From Octopus sinensis (taxonomy: Eukaryota), in the NCBI RefSeq assembly GCF_006345805.1, contig NW_021833740.1:6133-70132 (forward strand): a stretch of 64,000 nt of DNA, read 5' to 3'. Both the position numbers and the translations under genes were made by a program. Below the pieces are notes generated by a model. That model ran no database searches and had not been told where the DNA came from. It saw only the letters and a list, made by a program, of their open reading frames with translations. Shown piece after piece: positions 23,151-36,616 of the stretch. Positions within the stretch are counted from its first letter, which is position 1. Each line of letters starts with the position of its first letter.

Positions 23151-25656
23151 ACACCCTGTACATGGAGCAAGTAATACTCCAACCAACCAGAGCGGGTAAC
23201 ACACTGGATCTCTGCTTCACAAATAATATGGATCTCATCCATAATGTGAAAGTGACACCGACACTACTCTCGGATCACAACATGGTAGAGCTGACCATGT
23301 ACGGGCCAAAAGAGAGCACGGACATGCAGCCTACAAGAAACCCTCAGAATCTTTCCAGCTTGAACTTCAATAAGGCAAACTGGAAACAAATTGAGAAAGA
23401 GATCCTATGTCTCTCCTCGCCGGACATCGACATGATACTTCAACAATTCATGTCTGTAATGCAAGCCATATGCTACAAATGTGTCCCAGAGAGAAAGGCC
23501 ACTGTACACAAGAACAAAATCCCCAGAGAGAGAAAAATTTAATGAGACGGCGCACAAAAATCTCAATCGCCTAAACAAACAAATTGAAAGCAGTGAAAAG
23601 TCCCGCCTGAAAATAAAACTGTTGGAAATTGAAAATTGTCTGCAACTCTCCCATGAGAAGGAAAGAGCAGACAAAGAAGCCTGGGCTATAGACCATAAAA
23701 ACTAACCCCAGAGCTTTCTACAGGTATGCCAAAGAAACAGCTACGGTGCACTGTAGGATAGGGCCACTCCTTGAAAAGGATGGCACACTCACAGGAAAAC
23801 CAATGAGGGTAAGTGAAATACTGAATGAACAATTCAAGAGTGTTTTCACTCCACCCCTTGGGCATTTCCAAATCAGCAATCCAACTGACTTTTTTACCAC
23901 TGCAGATATAGAATCAGAGGCGGCGACGTTAACTTACATCGATATAAAGGAAGATGATGTAATAAAGGCTATAGATGAAATGAAAATAGACTCAGCTATT
24001 GGCCCCGATGGATTCCCGGCAATCCTCCTAAAAGTATGTAAGAGAGTCTTAGCAAGACCACTGCAGTTCCTCTTTCAGAGCTTCCTTGCAGCTGGCAAAC
24101 TTCCAAGAAAACTGAAGGAAGGTAAAATATGCCCTATTCATAAAGGAGGTAGCAGAGCGGAGGCCAAGAACTACAGACCTATCTCTCTGACCTCACACAT
24201 CAGCAAGGTCATGGAACGAATAGTCAGAAGGAAACTAATCACCTTCCTTGAAGAAAATGACTTGCTGCCTGACGCTCAACATGGTTTCCGACCAGGAAGA
24301 AGCTGCTTAACTCAGCTCCTGCAGCACTATGACTGGGTGCTGAAACAACTGCTCAACCACTCAAATGTGGAAGTCATATATCTCGACTTCGCAAAGGCCT
24401 TCGATAAAGTCGATCATGGAATGATATGTCACAAACTGCGTGATCTTGGCATAGTTGGAAAACTAGGAGAATGGCTTCACGACTTTCTGAAGAATAGAAG
24501 TCAGGTGGTAGTAGCCAATGGGGCCACTTCCATTAGCACGCAAATAGTGAGCGGTGTTCCACAGGGCACTGTTTTGGGACCACTACTGTTCATAATGGCC
24601 CTCTCAGACATGCCCTCAGCCACGCGGAGAGCCACGATCACAAGTTATGCAGATGATACAAAAGTTTCACAGGCAATACAGAACCCTGAAGACACTAGGC
24701 ACCTGCAATATGAGCTGGACGAAATATACAAGTGGGCTGAAAAGAATAGCATGCAGTTCAATGCTGAAAAGTTTCAAGCTTTATACTATCAGCATGCAAA
24801 ACTGAATGCAATACCCAAGGAATACACTGGACCCGGAGGGATTGCAATCCCAGAGGCACAATCAGTGCGTGACCTGGGTATTCACATGAGTGATGACGCG
24901 ACTTTCATGTACATGTTGCTAAACTGACAATGAAATGCAGACGGCTGGCTGGATGGATTCTTAGAACCTTTAGAACAAGAGAACAAGAAACCATGATGGT
25001 CCTCTGGAAGACACTTGTCCTAAGTCACTTTGACTATTGCTCTCAGCTATGGTCACCATCCAGTGTCAAGTTGATCACAGAACTTGAGGCGATCCAACGA
25101 AGCTACACGAAGAAGATAGCCTCTATGCAGAATGTAAGCTACTGGGAAAGACTCAAGAGATTAAAATTATATTCCCTGGAGCGTAGGCGGGAAAGATATG
25201 CCATAATATACATCTGGAAGATCCTTGAGGAAGTGTCCTGAACTTTGGCATCGAGAGTTACGCAAACGCCAGAACTGGGCGCCACTGCGTGGTGCCTAGG
25301 ACTCCAAACTTGCCATCAAGATGTAGGACAAGATTCTGTGATAGCCTGGGCTTCCGAGGCCCACAGCTCTTCAATATCCTCCCGATGAACCTGAGAGACC
25401 TGCATGGGGTGGATACAGATGTCTTTAAAATGGAGCTGGATCTCTTCCTGTCAGGTGTCCCAGATGAACCAACTTCACGCACGGCAGGAGGGGCAGATGA
25501 GGGCAGCTGCATCGAACTCTCTCATGCACCAAATAGCAGTTGCTAGAAAGCCTCCATGAAGTGAAACCAAGTAGCAACACCAAATGGCGGTGCCCCAAGC
25601 ATGGCCACAGCTCATAAGCTGAAACTGGAATCAATCAATCAATCAATCAATCAATC
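23151..25656 (+). mobile_element. 5'-truncated CR1-like LINE (end of APE endonuclease, reverse transcriptase, 3' tail, (AATC)n end)
   Basis: LDLCFTNN…LSDHNMV (APE end). RT motifs QHGFRPGRSC, YLDFAKAFDKVDH, GVPQGTVLGPLLF and YADDTK. Several frameshifts and stops. Confidence 0.92.
23746..24927 (+). pseudogene. Reverse transcriptase segment of the CR1-like LINE
   Basis: 393-aa open stretch with all core RT motifs, flanked by disrupted frames. Confidence 0.9.
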
Positions 25657-25714
25657 ATATATATATATATATATATGTGTGTATGTATATATAATATATG
25701 TATATGTATATATG

Positions 25715-25774
<60 letters not shown>

Positions 25775-25923
25775 CATATATACATACATATATACATACA
25801 TACATACATATACATACATTATACATGCACACAGACACACATATAGATATTGTATATTTGTATTAATGATGTAAATACGTTGATATTTACGTATATATAT
25901 ATACATATACACAAAATGTATAT

Positions 25924-26002
<79 letters not shown>

Positions 26003-28073
26003 CATATATATCATATATATATACATTATATATATATACATATATATATATATATAATATATATAATATATAATATATATATATAATATATATATAACAT
26101 ACATTCATATACATATCAGACATCAAGAAAGTCCTAAATATTTGAGTGTGTGCATGAGCGTCTCTGCATATGTACGTGCTTGTACATACGTGTATAAATT
26201 CATCTCTGTGTGTGTACGTATTTGTGTCTGTACGTGTTTTTGTGTGTACGTGTTTGTGTTTGTATGCGATTTCAAATTAACTTAGTTGATGTGGTGATAT
26301 ATATACTTAAATAATATCTCCTGTGTTACATCATATGCGTCCATATGCGATGATGCGATACACTCATAGTTAATTTTTAATGACGTTCGCCGCGGTGCGT
26401 ACAGATTCCCGTGTTATGCTTATCGGTTGATGTGACTAACCATTTTGTGTAATAGATTTGTATTTTACGTGCTATGTGAATATATATTGGATGTAAGGTG
26501 CTTTAATTGGTAGTTTCTCTAATGGCTTATGGCCAGATTACATATTGGAAGTTTTGTAATATATTCGATAATATACGTAAATATATAAATATCGAAATTG
26601 GTTATTCAGAATATAATTCTATACTTCGTTGAAAAGGTCAAATAAAAGCAAACGTGTGCAAACGTATGTAATCTTGTGGCCCGTATTTGTCTAGAAGTTT
26701 ACAGTATTTCCGGCACGCAGGTCGAATATTTCGGATCAAACTTTACATCCCAAATATGTAGGGTAGCTTAGACTGTAAGGCCACTCAGGATGACAAGAAA
26801 TTCCATGTGAAATACAGCTGGATTTTGGTAGATAATGATGACAATTGAGTGCTGACACTACATGTTTACATAATATATTATATTGATTTGTATGTCGTAA
26901 AATAGTACATGTGTCATAATAATCGGAGGCGCAATGGCCCAGTGGTTAGGGCAGCGGACTCGCGGTCAGAGGATTGCGGTGTGTGTTTATTGAGCGAAAA
27001 CACCTAAAGCTCCACGAGGATCCGGCAGTGGGTACTGGCGACCCCTGTTGTACTCTTTTGCCCCAACTTTCTCTCACTCTTTCTTGCTGTTTCTTGAGTA
27101 ACGCTGCGACGGACTGGCGTCCCGTCCTGCCGGAAGAAACACATACACCACAGAAACCAGGAAACCGGGCCCATGAACCTGACTACGCTTTAAAAGGGCG
27201 CATAAAAAAATCATAATTTTCATTTAACTTCTGTTTTTCCATGCTGGCATGGGTTGGACAGCTTGGCAGGAGCGGACAAGACACACCAAGTTCCATGTTC
27301 TATATAGGAACTAATAAAGTAAGCCATTTCACATTTGCTAGAGCTGTTAGAAATAGCAGACAAATTTCCCTCAAACTACATCATTCATTCTTTTATGGAC
27401 ATACATATCATACATTCTGATATACAAGTCGACTATTTCAGACCGAAATTTACAACAAATAAATGTAGGTTGTCTTATACGCCTAGACGACAGAAAGAGC
27501 CGATATTTGAACGTTTACGCTATGTGTCTACCATATATATATATATATTTCTTTACTACCCACAAGGGTCTAAACATAGAGGGGACAAACAAGGACAGAC
27601 AAAGGTATTAAGTCGATTACATCGACCCCAGTGCGAAACTGGTACTTTATTTATCGACCCCGAAAGGATGAAAGGTAAAGTCGACCTCGGCGGAATTTGA
27701 ACTCAGAACGTAACGACAGACGAAATACCTATTTCTTTATTACCCACAAGTGGCTAAACACAGAGAGGACAAACAAGGACAGACATACGGATTAAGTCGA
27801 TTACATCGACACCAGTGCGTAACTGGTACTTAATTTATCGACCCTGAAAGGATGAAAGGCAAAGTCAACCTCGGCGGAATTTGAATTCAGAACGTAACGT
27901 CAGACGAAATACGGCTACGCATTTCGCCCGGCGCGCTAACGTTTGTGCCAGCTCGCCGTATGTCTACCATATATATATATATGACGTCGAATTTATGACG
28001 GAGAATAGGGTAATATAATATTATTTACTGAGCTAATATTCTGCTCTCGTTACACTGGTACTTTTCTAACAGT

Positions 28074-28455
28074 AGAGGCGCAATGGCCCAGTGGTTAGGG
28101 CAGCGGACTCGCGGTCATAGGATCGCGGTTTCGATTTCCAGACCGGGCGTTGTGAGTGTTTATTGAGCGAAAACACCTAAAGCTCCACGAGGCTCCGGCA
28201 GGGGAAGGTGGTGATCCCTGCTGTACTCTTTCACTACAACTTTCTCTAACTCTTACTTCCTGTTTCTGTTGTACCTGTATTTCAAAGGGCCGGCCTTGAC
28301 ACTCTCTGTGTCACGCTGAATATCCCCGAGAACTACGTTAAGGGTACACGTGTCTGTGGAGTGCTCAGCCACTTACACGTTAATTTCACGAGCAGGCTGT
28401 TCCGTTGATCGGATCAACTGGAACCCTCGTCGTCGTAACCGACGGAGTGCTTCCA
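28074..28455 (+). mobile_element. SINE family S2 (head GGAGGCGCAATGGCCCAGTGGTTAGGGCAGC), representative copy
   Basis: The same head occurs at 1539-1828(+), 17630-18003(-) and 26925-27210(+), with differing tails. Confidence 0.82.
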
Positions 28456-29059
28456 TCCAATATTCTGCTCTCGTTACACTGGTACTTTTCTAACATGAAT
28501 CACAATGATCTGCATTGAAGCATTGGATATGTTGAATGACTTTTAACATGGATGACGTCTCCGTCTAATTAACTCCAGAGCGTTGATTCTTTTTTCTTCT
28601 GAATATGCCTATTTTCAACAATTACGTGCTTTGAAACTCTCTACTGCATGTAAATGATTCTTTTATCGATATTTCAGCCAAAAAAAAGGAAGTTAATCCT
28701 TCCCTGGAGAGATCTTATATCATAAGAAATATGTCCTGCCTGGTCTTCCATATTTGCTGACAGCAATAAAATAATATTTGTCTTTGAAATAACGTTCTTT
28801 TCTCCATGCCGTATTAGCAATTATATTTTTGATGATATGATCATCTGTATTAAATATGTTCTTGTTCTTCCTTACTTCACTAAACAGATATTGATTAAAA
28901 TATTACATTTCTTTGGCCTCAGGACATCTCTGACTGAGCAGACGTATCTGTTGCGTTGTTCCCATTACTTCAAACGCTCTCACAATCTACTTTACATATT
29001 CAAACATTTGCTCTCCGCCATATTTTTATTCCGAAACAGAGACGTCAGACATATTGACA

Positions 29060-29580
29060 CTCACTTTCTCTCTCACTCTCTGTCTTTCTTTAATTCTTTT
29101 TTCTTTCTCTTTTTTCTCCCTCTCCCTCTCCGTCTTTCTTTTTTACATATTTCTTTCTTCCTTTCTCTCTCACACTCTTTCTTTCTTCCTTCCTCCCCTT
29201 CTTTCTTTCTTTATCTCTCTTTCTTTCTTTCTTTCTTTCTCTATCTCTCATTTCTCCTCTCTCTCCCCGTCTTTCTTATGTATTTATTTCTTCCTTTCTC
29301 TCCTTCTCTCTCTTTCTTCTCCTTCTCTCACTATTTTTCTTTCTTTATCTCTCTTTCTTTCTTTCTCTCCTTTCTCCTTCTCCCTCTCCGTCTTTCTTTT
29401 TTACTTATTTCTTTCTTCCTTTCTTTCCCACTCTCTTTCCTTCTTTCTTTCTTTATCTCTCATTCTTTATCTCTCTATCTCTCTTTTCTCCCTCTCTCTC
29501 CCGTCTTTCTTATTTATTTATTTCTTCCTTTCCCTCTTCCTCTCTCTCTCTTCTCCTTCTCTCGCTCTTTTTCTCTACCT
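29060..29580. repeat. CT-rich low-complexity tract
   Basis: Direct inspection; explains the F/L/S-rich ORFs 28837-29797. Confidence 0.9.
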
Positions 29581-31635
29581 CCCCCAAACACATTTCCCTC
29601 CCACATCACTCATTTATTTCAGTTCCTTCCTACTTCGTATCCTGCAACCCCTCACAACACTACCGTACTATTCGTTCACACTTTCCGATGGAATGCAACA
29701 AATGAAACATACGATCCCTCCCTCTATATATCAATCAAATCTACCAAAATTCCCCGTGAGATCCTTTCATGATGAAGGGAATTTCAGCTGTAGTTGATCT
29801 GTATGTTCCCTTCAAATGCGTTCCTCACATTTTCAAAGGCATCATCTCACCAAACCCATTTAAGACAAACTTATTATAATAAAGACGTCTCTCTCTATTC
29901 TCCCCTCGAGTAGAACTCACACCCTTAAAACTTCTAAACGATTCATATGTAGCTGTACTGTAAAATACAAGAAAATAACACAGTCTCCCTTATCAAAGGG
30001 GGCGAAATTACTGACTTTTTCTAACTTTCTGCTTCTTTTTTTGTTCTATTTTTTTCTTTACCTTTCTGCTATAAGCAGGCCTGAAATTCTAGCGGAAGGA
30101 ATAATCAAATACAATGACCCCAGTACTCAAGCCTGTGCTCGATCTTGAAAGGATGGAAGGCAAAGTCGAAGCCTAAGGCACTTGAATTCAGGACGGAAAG
30201 ACGACTGAAATGCCACTGACCGTTTTGTCCGGCGTGCTATAGATTCTTCCAGCTCACCGCCTCTAGCTATCATAACTGCAACACGACCATCCAAAGACTG
30301 AAAGATATTTTCATAAATCACAAAACCCAATTCTAAAACTGCTGTGGTATATATTGGTCCTTTGCCAAAAAAGTTCAACCAATTTTGCAGTATTCCTTTA
30401 ATCACAACTCCTTGTCATGGGGGAAGAGTCTTACCTACGCTAATTTATGCAAAATCAGTAATGCATTACGTATAACTCGAAGGGGCAATCACTAAAAGGA
30501 TCGCTTTTGTGAATATACCTCCGCTCGCCGCAAATATATTTAGCTATCTGTAAATTTTTACAACAAGCGAACTATATATTATGTAGAAAATTCCGGAAGC
30601 CGTGGAAAATGGCGGCTGTCTGAGTCGGCATAGATTTAATCCGTGAGATTTAATGAGAATGATCTTTAGATTATTTTACACCTCTTGGCTAAACCATTCA
30701 CTGATTTGTGCGTTTCTGTGAGAGAAATGAATGCGTACGCATGTATATCATTACATATATATATATATAGTCAATAATAATAACGGGCAAAATTAATTAA
30801 TTAATTAGTAATTAACAATTTTACCAAGCAGTGTTCAGTATGTAAAAGGACAATTTACGGTAAATGTAAACATTACTTTATATAATTAGGGTTCAGCAAA
30901 AAAAATTGCTTTACCACATACCGAACTTTTAGAAATAGCAGCCAAAAAAATTAGGTATTTCTTCCACTGTAAGAAGAGTCTCCCAGACAATGTATACTCA
31001 AAAACAATTCACGCAGGCACAGAGGGAAAAATAACGAAAGTTCACTCGAAATTAGATTACTTGTGAACGCCTTTTCTGGGTTAGTCAGATATAGCGATGC
31101 TAGAAATACATCCCTATGCTAACATTCACGTCATCAGCACAGAGATTTCATTAAACTTAAATTTGAGAGCACTAAAAAAAGAACATACCCATCTGATTTG
31201 AGTAACCTCATACAAACCATATCCGACATCCAGTACTAACGGATTCAAAACATAGGAATGAGGCTCCGCATCTTCCCCTGTCCACCCACGTGAGTTATAG
31301 AGCAACAAATTACTACGCAAGAATCTGTAGTTTATTATCAGAGAGAGAATTATATTGTCAATGATAATAAAGGGCAAAATTAATTAATTAGTAATTAATA
31401 ATCTTACCAAGCAGTGTTCAGTATGTAATAGGACCATTTACGGTAAATTTAAACATTACTTTATATAATTAGGTTTCAGCAAAAAAAAAAAATTGCTTTA
31501 CCACATACCGAACTTATATATATATATATATATATACAGAGAGAGAAAGAGAGAGAGTGAGAGAGAGAGGCAAACACACACAGATGCATATAGGCGGAAA
31601 ACTTCCTCTTCTGACCAAGCCATTATGTATGTATA

Positions 31636-32386
31636 TCTCTCTCTATATAGACGGCAGGTTGTCTGTGTGTCTGTCAGGTTGTACCCTGACCCTGACCACG
31701 GCTTTCAACCGATTCTGATGAAACTTGACACACACATAGCCCAATGTCATAATTCAAAACTAACGCAGTGAAAATTTTGAAAAGTTCCCCCAGTTCTGAA
31801 AATAATTGATAAATTCGACATGGGGTCGAGAATCTAAGCTTTTTATATGCAACACATTTTCTGTTGTAGTTTTCGCAACTTGCAATCGATTTTCACCAAA
31901 CTCATAGTGAAGCTTAATGTTACCCTAAGAAACTTAATTCTGACGTTAGTTTTCCATGCAATACCTTACCATCAGAAAAAATCGATAAAATCATGCCATT
32001 TTGGGAAATCGCGTTCACATTCAAGATGACATATTTTCGACAATATCTTTCACAAATTGGCAGGAATTTTTTTTTTAATTCACAGCTATATGGCCCTTTT
32101 TAATTCTAATATGATACTTTATTACTGGAAAAAATCGGTTAATTAAATCATATGTGGCTCACATAGCAAACCGATTTGTGTATTAAACACAAACCAGACT
32201 GTCTAGGGGACGCAATTGGTTGGGTTGAATTATCGATAGCTGTTTGATAGTTATTTGGGAGTGAAGAGAAGACATTGCAACCTACACATGCGCCTTCGTT
32301 CCCTAGAGGGAAAGGACTAGATTGGGATTAGTCGTTGCCTACTAGGGGCTCTTACATATCCGGGCAACGCTGGGCTATGCTGCTAG
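31636..32386 (+). mobile_element. Non-autonomous Helitron-like element
   Basis: 5' TCT…TATA, subterminal hairpin CCGGGCAACGCTGGG and CTAG 3' end; related to 32821-33186. Confidence 0.75.
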
Positions 32387-32767
32387 TGTATGTATATTTT
32401 GTATATGCATAATATGTGAATATATGTCTAAACGATGCGATCAAGCATGGAGCATTTCCTTATGTGTTTACGGAAGGTTGAATTTTGTGTGTGTGTGTGT
32501 GTGTATACATATATGTGGGTGTGTGCGTATGTGTGTATATATAGCGGGGGAAGCATGTTCAGGCTTTTATATTACATGCAGCTTACGTCAGTTGTTCATG
32601 TATACAAAGTTGCATTAAACACACACATGTATGTATGCATGGAAAAATGTGTGTGTGTGAGTATGATATATATGTATGTGTGTGTGTATGGGTGTATATA
32701 TATATATATATATATATATTTCTTCTAATATTCATACGCATCTTTGAATATATGAATATATATCTAT

Positions 32768-32817
<50 letters not shown>

Positions 32818-32820
32818 CTA

Positions 32821-33185
32821 TCTATATATAAACGGCAGTTTGTCTGTGTGTGTTTCTGTGTGTCTGTTTGCTTGTACCCTCACCCTGACCACGGCTTTCA
32901 ACCGATTCTGATGAAACTTGACACACACATAGCCCAATGTCATAATTCAAAACTAACGCAGCGAAAATTTTGAAAAGTTCCCCCAGTTCTGAAAAAAATC
33001 GATAAATTCGACATGGGGTCGAGAATCAGAAACACAAACCACAGACTGTCTAGGGGACGCAACTCGACCTTTTTAACTCTCATAATTTTTTTCCATTTTT
33101 TTCTATTTTTTTTTGCTATAACTCTCTAAAAATGCTTTATAGTTATTTCCCTTACAAACCCGAGCAACGCCGGGCGATACTGCTA

Positions 33186-33186
<1 letters not shown>
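32821..33186 (+). mobile_element. Non-autonomous Helitron-like element
   Basis: A|TCTATATATAAA…CCCGAGCAACGCCGGG-CGATACTG-CTAG|T: TC start, hairpin, CTAG end, A/T insertion site. Confidence 0.85.
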
Positions 33187-33235
<49 letters not shown>

Positions 33236-33282
33236 TATCCATATCTCTCTCTCATATATATTTATGTGTGTGTGTGTGTTTG

Positions 33283-33313
<31 letters not shown>

Positions 33314-33523
33314 TATATCAAAATGTGACCTCGGGTGTACCGTTGGCGATTTTTTCCCTCTCTCTTACCTTCTCTGGATCTTTCCTTCTATGTTTCCGAC
33401 GAAGATCTCCGCTCGAAACGTTAAACCCTCCTTCTTTCCTTCTTTCCTAAGCGTCCAATAATACTATATTTGCTCCACGTCCTTGCGTTGTTGTGTTTTT
33501 TTGTGCTTTCCTGTTTGGATTAA

Positions 33524-33559
<36 letters not shown>

Positions 33560-33823
33560 TTACAGATATAGGGTGAAATATAATTACTTTAATAAAATCA
33601 ACAAATTTCACCTAGTAGTATTTCGGTATGGAAAAAGACCATATTATAATAATAAAGGTTTTTGCAACAAGTTGCTTCACCACATACCGAAAATTTTAGA
33701 AATAGCAGCCAAAGGACTACTATATAGTAGTAAGTTTGCCTTTTTATTGTCTTCAAAAGTTTGTGTTTGGATAATATTTTTTATGTAAAAGTTGTGCAAA
33801 AACTAATAAATACAAAATACATT

Positions 33824-36616
33824 CGAGGGAGGGAAAGAAGGGGAGGAGCGAGACAGGTGCAGGTGCGAGCATGGACGCCGACACACGAAGAATTGGAAGA
33901 ACCCAGACGACAGCTTCACAGTCAACGACTACTACGGACAACTCTGCCACGACCACCACCACCACCACCACCACCAGCATCACCACCACCACAACCACCA
34001 TCACCACCACCATCACCACCACCATCGCCGCCACCATCACCACCACCATCGCCGCCACCACCACCACCACCACCATCACCACCACCACCACCACCACCAC
34101 CATCACCACCACCACCACCATCACCACCACCATCACCACCACTATCACCACCAACATCGCCTCCACCATCACCACCACCATCGCCGCCACCACCATCACC
34201 ACCACCATCACCACCACCACCACCACCACCATCACAACCACCATCACCACCACCATCACCACCACCATCACCACCACCATCGCCGCCACCATCACCACCA
34301 TCATCGCCGCCACCACCATCACCACCACCATCACCACCACCATCGCCGCCACCACCACCACCACCATCATTACCACCATCACCACCACAATCGCCGCCAC
34401 CACCACCATCACCACCACCACCATCACCAACTCCACCACCAACACTATCACCAACTCCACCACCACCATCATCACCACCGCCACCACCACCACCATCATC
34501 ACCACCACCATCATCACCACCACCACCACCACCGCCATCACCACCACCACCACCACCACCACCAGAACCAACACCACCAATTTTCCGTGTGTCGGCGTCC
34601 AGGCTCACACATGCATCTGTGAAGCATTGTCAAGGAGACCACCGTTCTTCTCAAAAACATTTTAAACTTCCTATACTTGTAGAATGTGTCAAAATAAAAC
34701 ATTTTTTTCTCTTGGCTTTATTCAGAAAATTCTAGAGTTTGTAAGATATTTGCTGTTTTTTCTTCTGCAATTTCAACTAATCAATGACGTCTATTGAGCA
34801 ACAACTAATAAATACATTCGGTTGTGCAAATTCTTTGCACGGGAAACCTGCCTTTGTGTGGCGTGTTTCCCCATTTTGTAAATTCGTCTTCGGCTTTCCT
34901 AGCCATTTCTGCTTTGAGCATGGCGACTTCAAAGCCATGAAGTCTTCTTCGAGAAGAACGGTGGTCTCCTGACAACGCTTACGACGGTTGAATTCCCTCC
35001 CCTCCCCTCCCCACTGCTTCACGAGGGAGGGAAAGAAGGGGAGGAGCGAGACAGGTGCAGGTGCGAGCATGGACGCCGTCACACGAAGAATTGGAAGAAC
35101 CCAGACGACAACTTCACAGTCAACGACTACTACGGACAACTCTGCCACGACCACCACCACCAACACGACCACCACCATCACCACAACCACCACCACCATC
35201 ACCACCACCATCACAACCACCATCACAACCACCATCACCACCACCATCGCCGCCACCATCACCACCACCATCGCCGCCACCACCATCACCACCACCATCA
35301 CAACCACCATCACAACCACCATCACCACCACCATCGCCGCCACCATCACCACCACCATCACAACCACCATCGCCACCACCATCACCACCACCATCGCCGC
35401 CACCATCACCACCACCATCGCCGCCACCACCATCACCACCACCACCACCACCACCATCGCCGCCACCATCGCCCCACCATCGCGCTACAACTACCACCAT
35501 CACCACCACCATCACCACCAACATCGCCGCCGCCATCACCACCACCATCGCCGCCACCACCCCACCCACCAACACACCACCACCACCATCCCCACCATCA
35601 CCACCACCAACTCCACCACCACCACTCACCCCCACCGCCACCCCACCACCACCACCACCATCATCATCACCACCACCGCCACCACCACCACACACCCACC
35701 CCACCATCATCATCACCACACCACCGCCACCACACCATCACCACCATCAACACACCAACTCCACCACCACCATCACCAACTCCACCACCACATCATCACC
35801 ACCCCGCCACCACACCACCATCATCATCACCACCACCATAACCATCATCACCACCACAACCACCATCGCCGCCACCACCACACCATCACCAACCACCACC
35901 AACACCACCACTACCATCACCACCATCACCACCACCACTCCACCACACACCACCATCACCACCGCCACACCACCACACAACCACCACCATCATCATCACC
36001 ACCACCGCACCACCACCCAACCAACACCACCAATTTTCCGTGTGTCGGCGTCCAGGCTCACACATGCACCTGTGAAGCGTGTCAAGGAGACCACTGTTCT
36101 TCTCTCAAAAAAATTTTAAACTTCGTATACTGTAGAATGTGTCAAATAACAAATTTTTTCTCTTGGCTTTATTCAGAAAATTCTAGAGTTTGTAAGATAT
36201 TTGCTGTTTTTTCTTCTGCAATTTCAACTAATCAATGACGTCTATTGTGCAACAACTAATAAATACATTCGGTTGTGCAAATTCTTTGCACGGGAAACCT
36301 GCCTTTGTGTGGCGTGTTTCCCCATTTTGTAAATTCGTCTTCGGCTTTCCAAGCCATTTTGCTGCTTTGAGCATGGCGACTTCAAAGCCATGAAGTCGTT
36401 CTTCGAGAAGAACGGTGGTCTCCTTGACAACACTTACGACGTTGATTTCCCTACCCTCCCCTTCCCCACTGCTTCACGAGGGAGGGAAAGAAGGGGAGGA
36501 GCGAGACAGGTGCAGGTGCGAGCATGGACGCCGACACACGAAGAATTGGAAGAACCCAGACGACAGCTTCACAGTCAAAGACTACTACGGACAACTCTGC
36601 CACGACCACCACCAAC
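33824..36616 (+). repeat. Tandem triplication of a 1.2-1.45-kb unit containing expanded degenerate (ACC)n tracts
   Basis: Unit starts at 33824, 35022 and 36477; ACC-rich tracts about 33948-34580 and 35146-36030. The third unit is cut by the Tx1-like fragment. Confidence 0.9.

Noticed and set aside
23106-25900. ~40-bp imperfect direct repeat flanking the CR1-like LINE as a TSD
   Set aside because: Too long and mismatched, and separated from the 3' end by microsatellite; better explained as local microsatellite-associated duplication.
1539-28455. tRNA-like heads of SINEs (e.g. 1539, 12483, 19905, 26925, 28074) as tRNA genes
   Set aside because: They lack complete acceptor/anticodon stems and run straight into SINE bodies.
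31100-31160. Minus-strand CTGATGA as a seventh hammerhead family
   Set aside because: Could not build stem II, GAAA and stem III in a plausible register.
33761-35719. Pro-rich, Gly/Asp-rich and Val/Met-rich ORFs resembling extensins or cephalopod structural proteins
   Set aside because: Alternative frames and strands of the same ACC tract; no signal peptide or unique flanking coding sequence.
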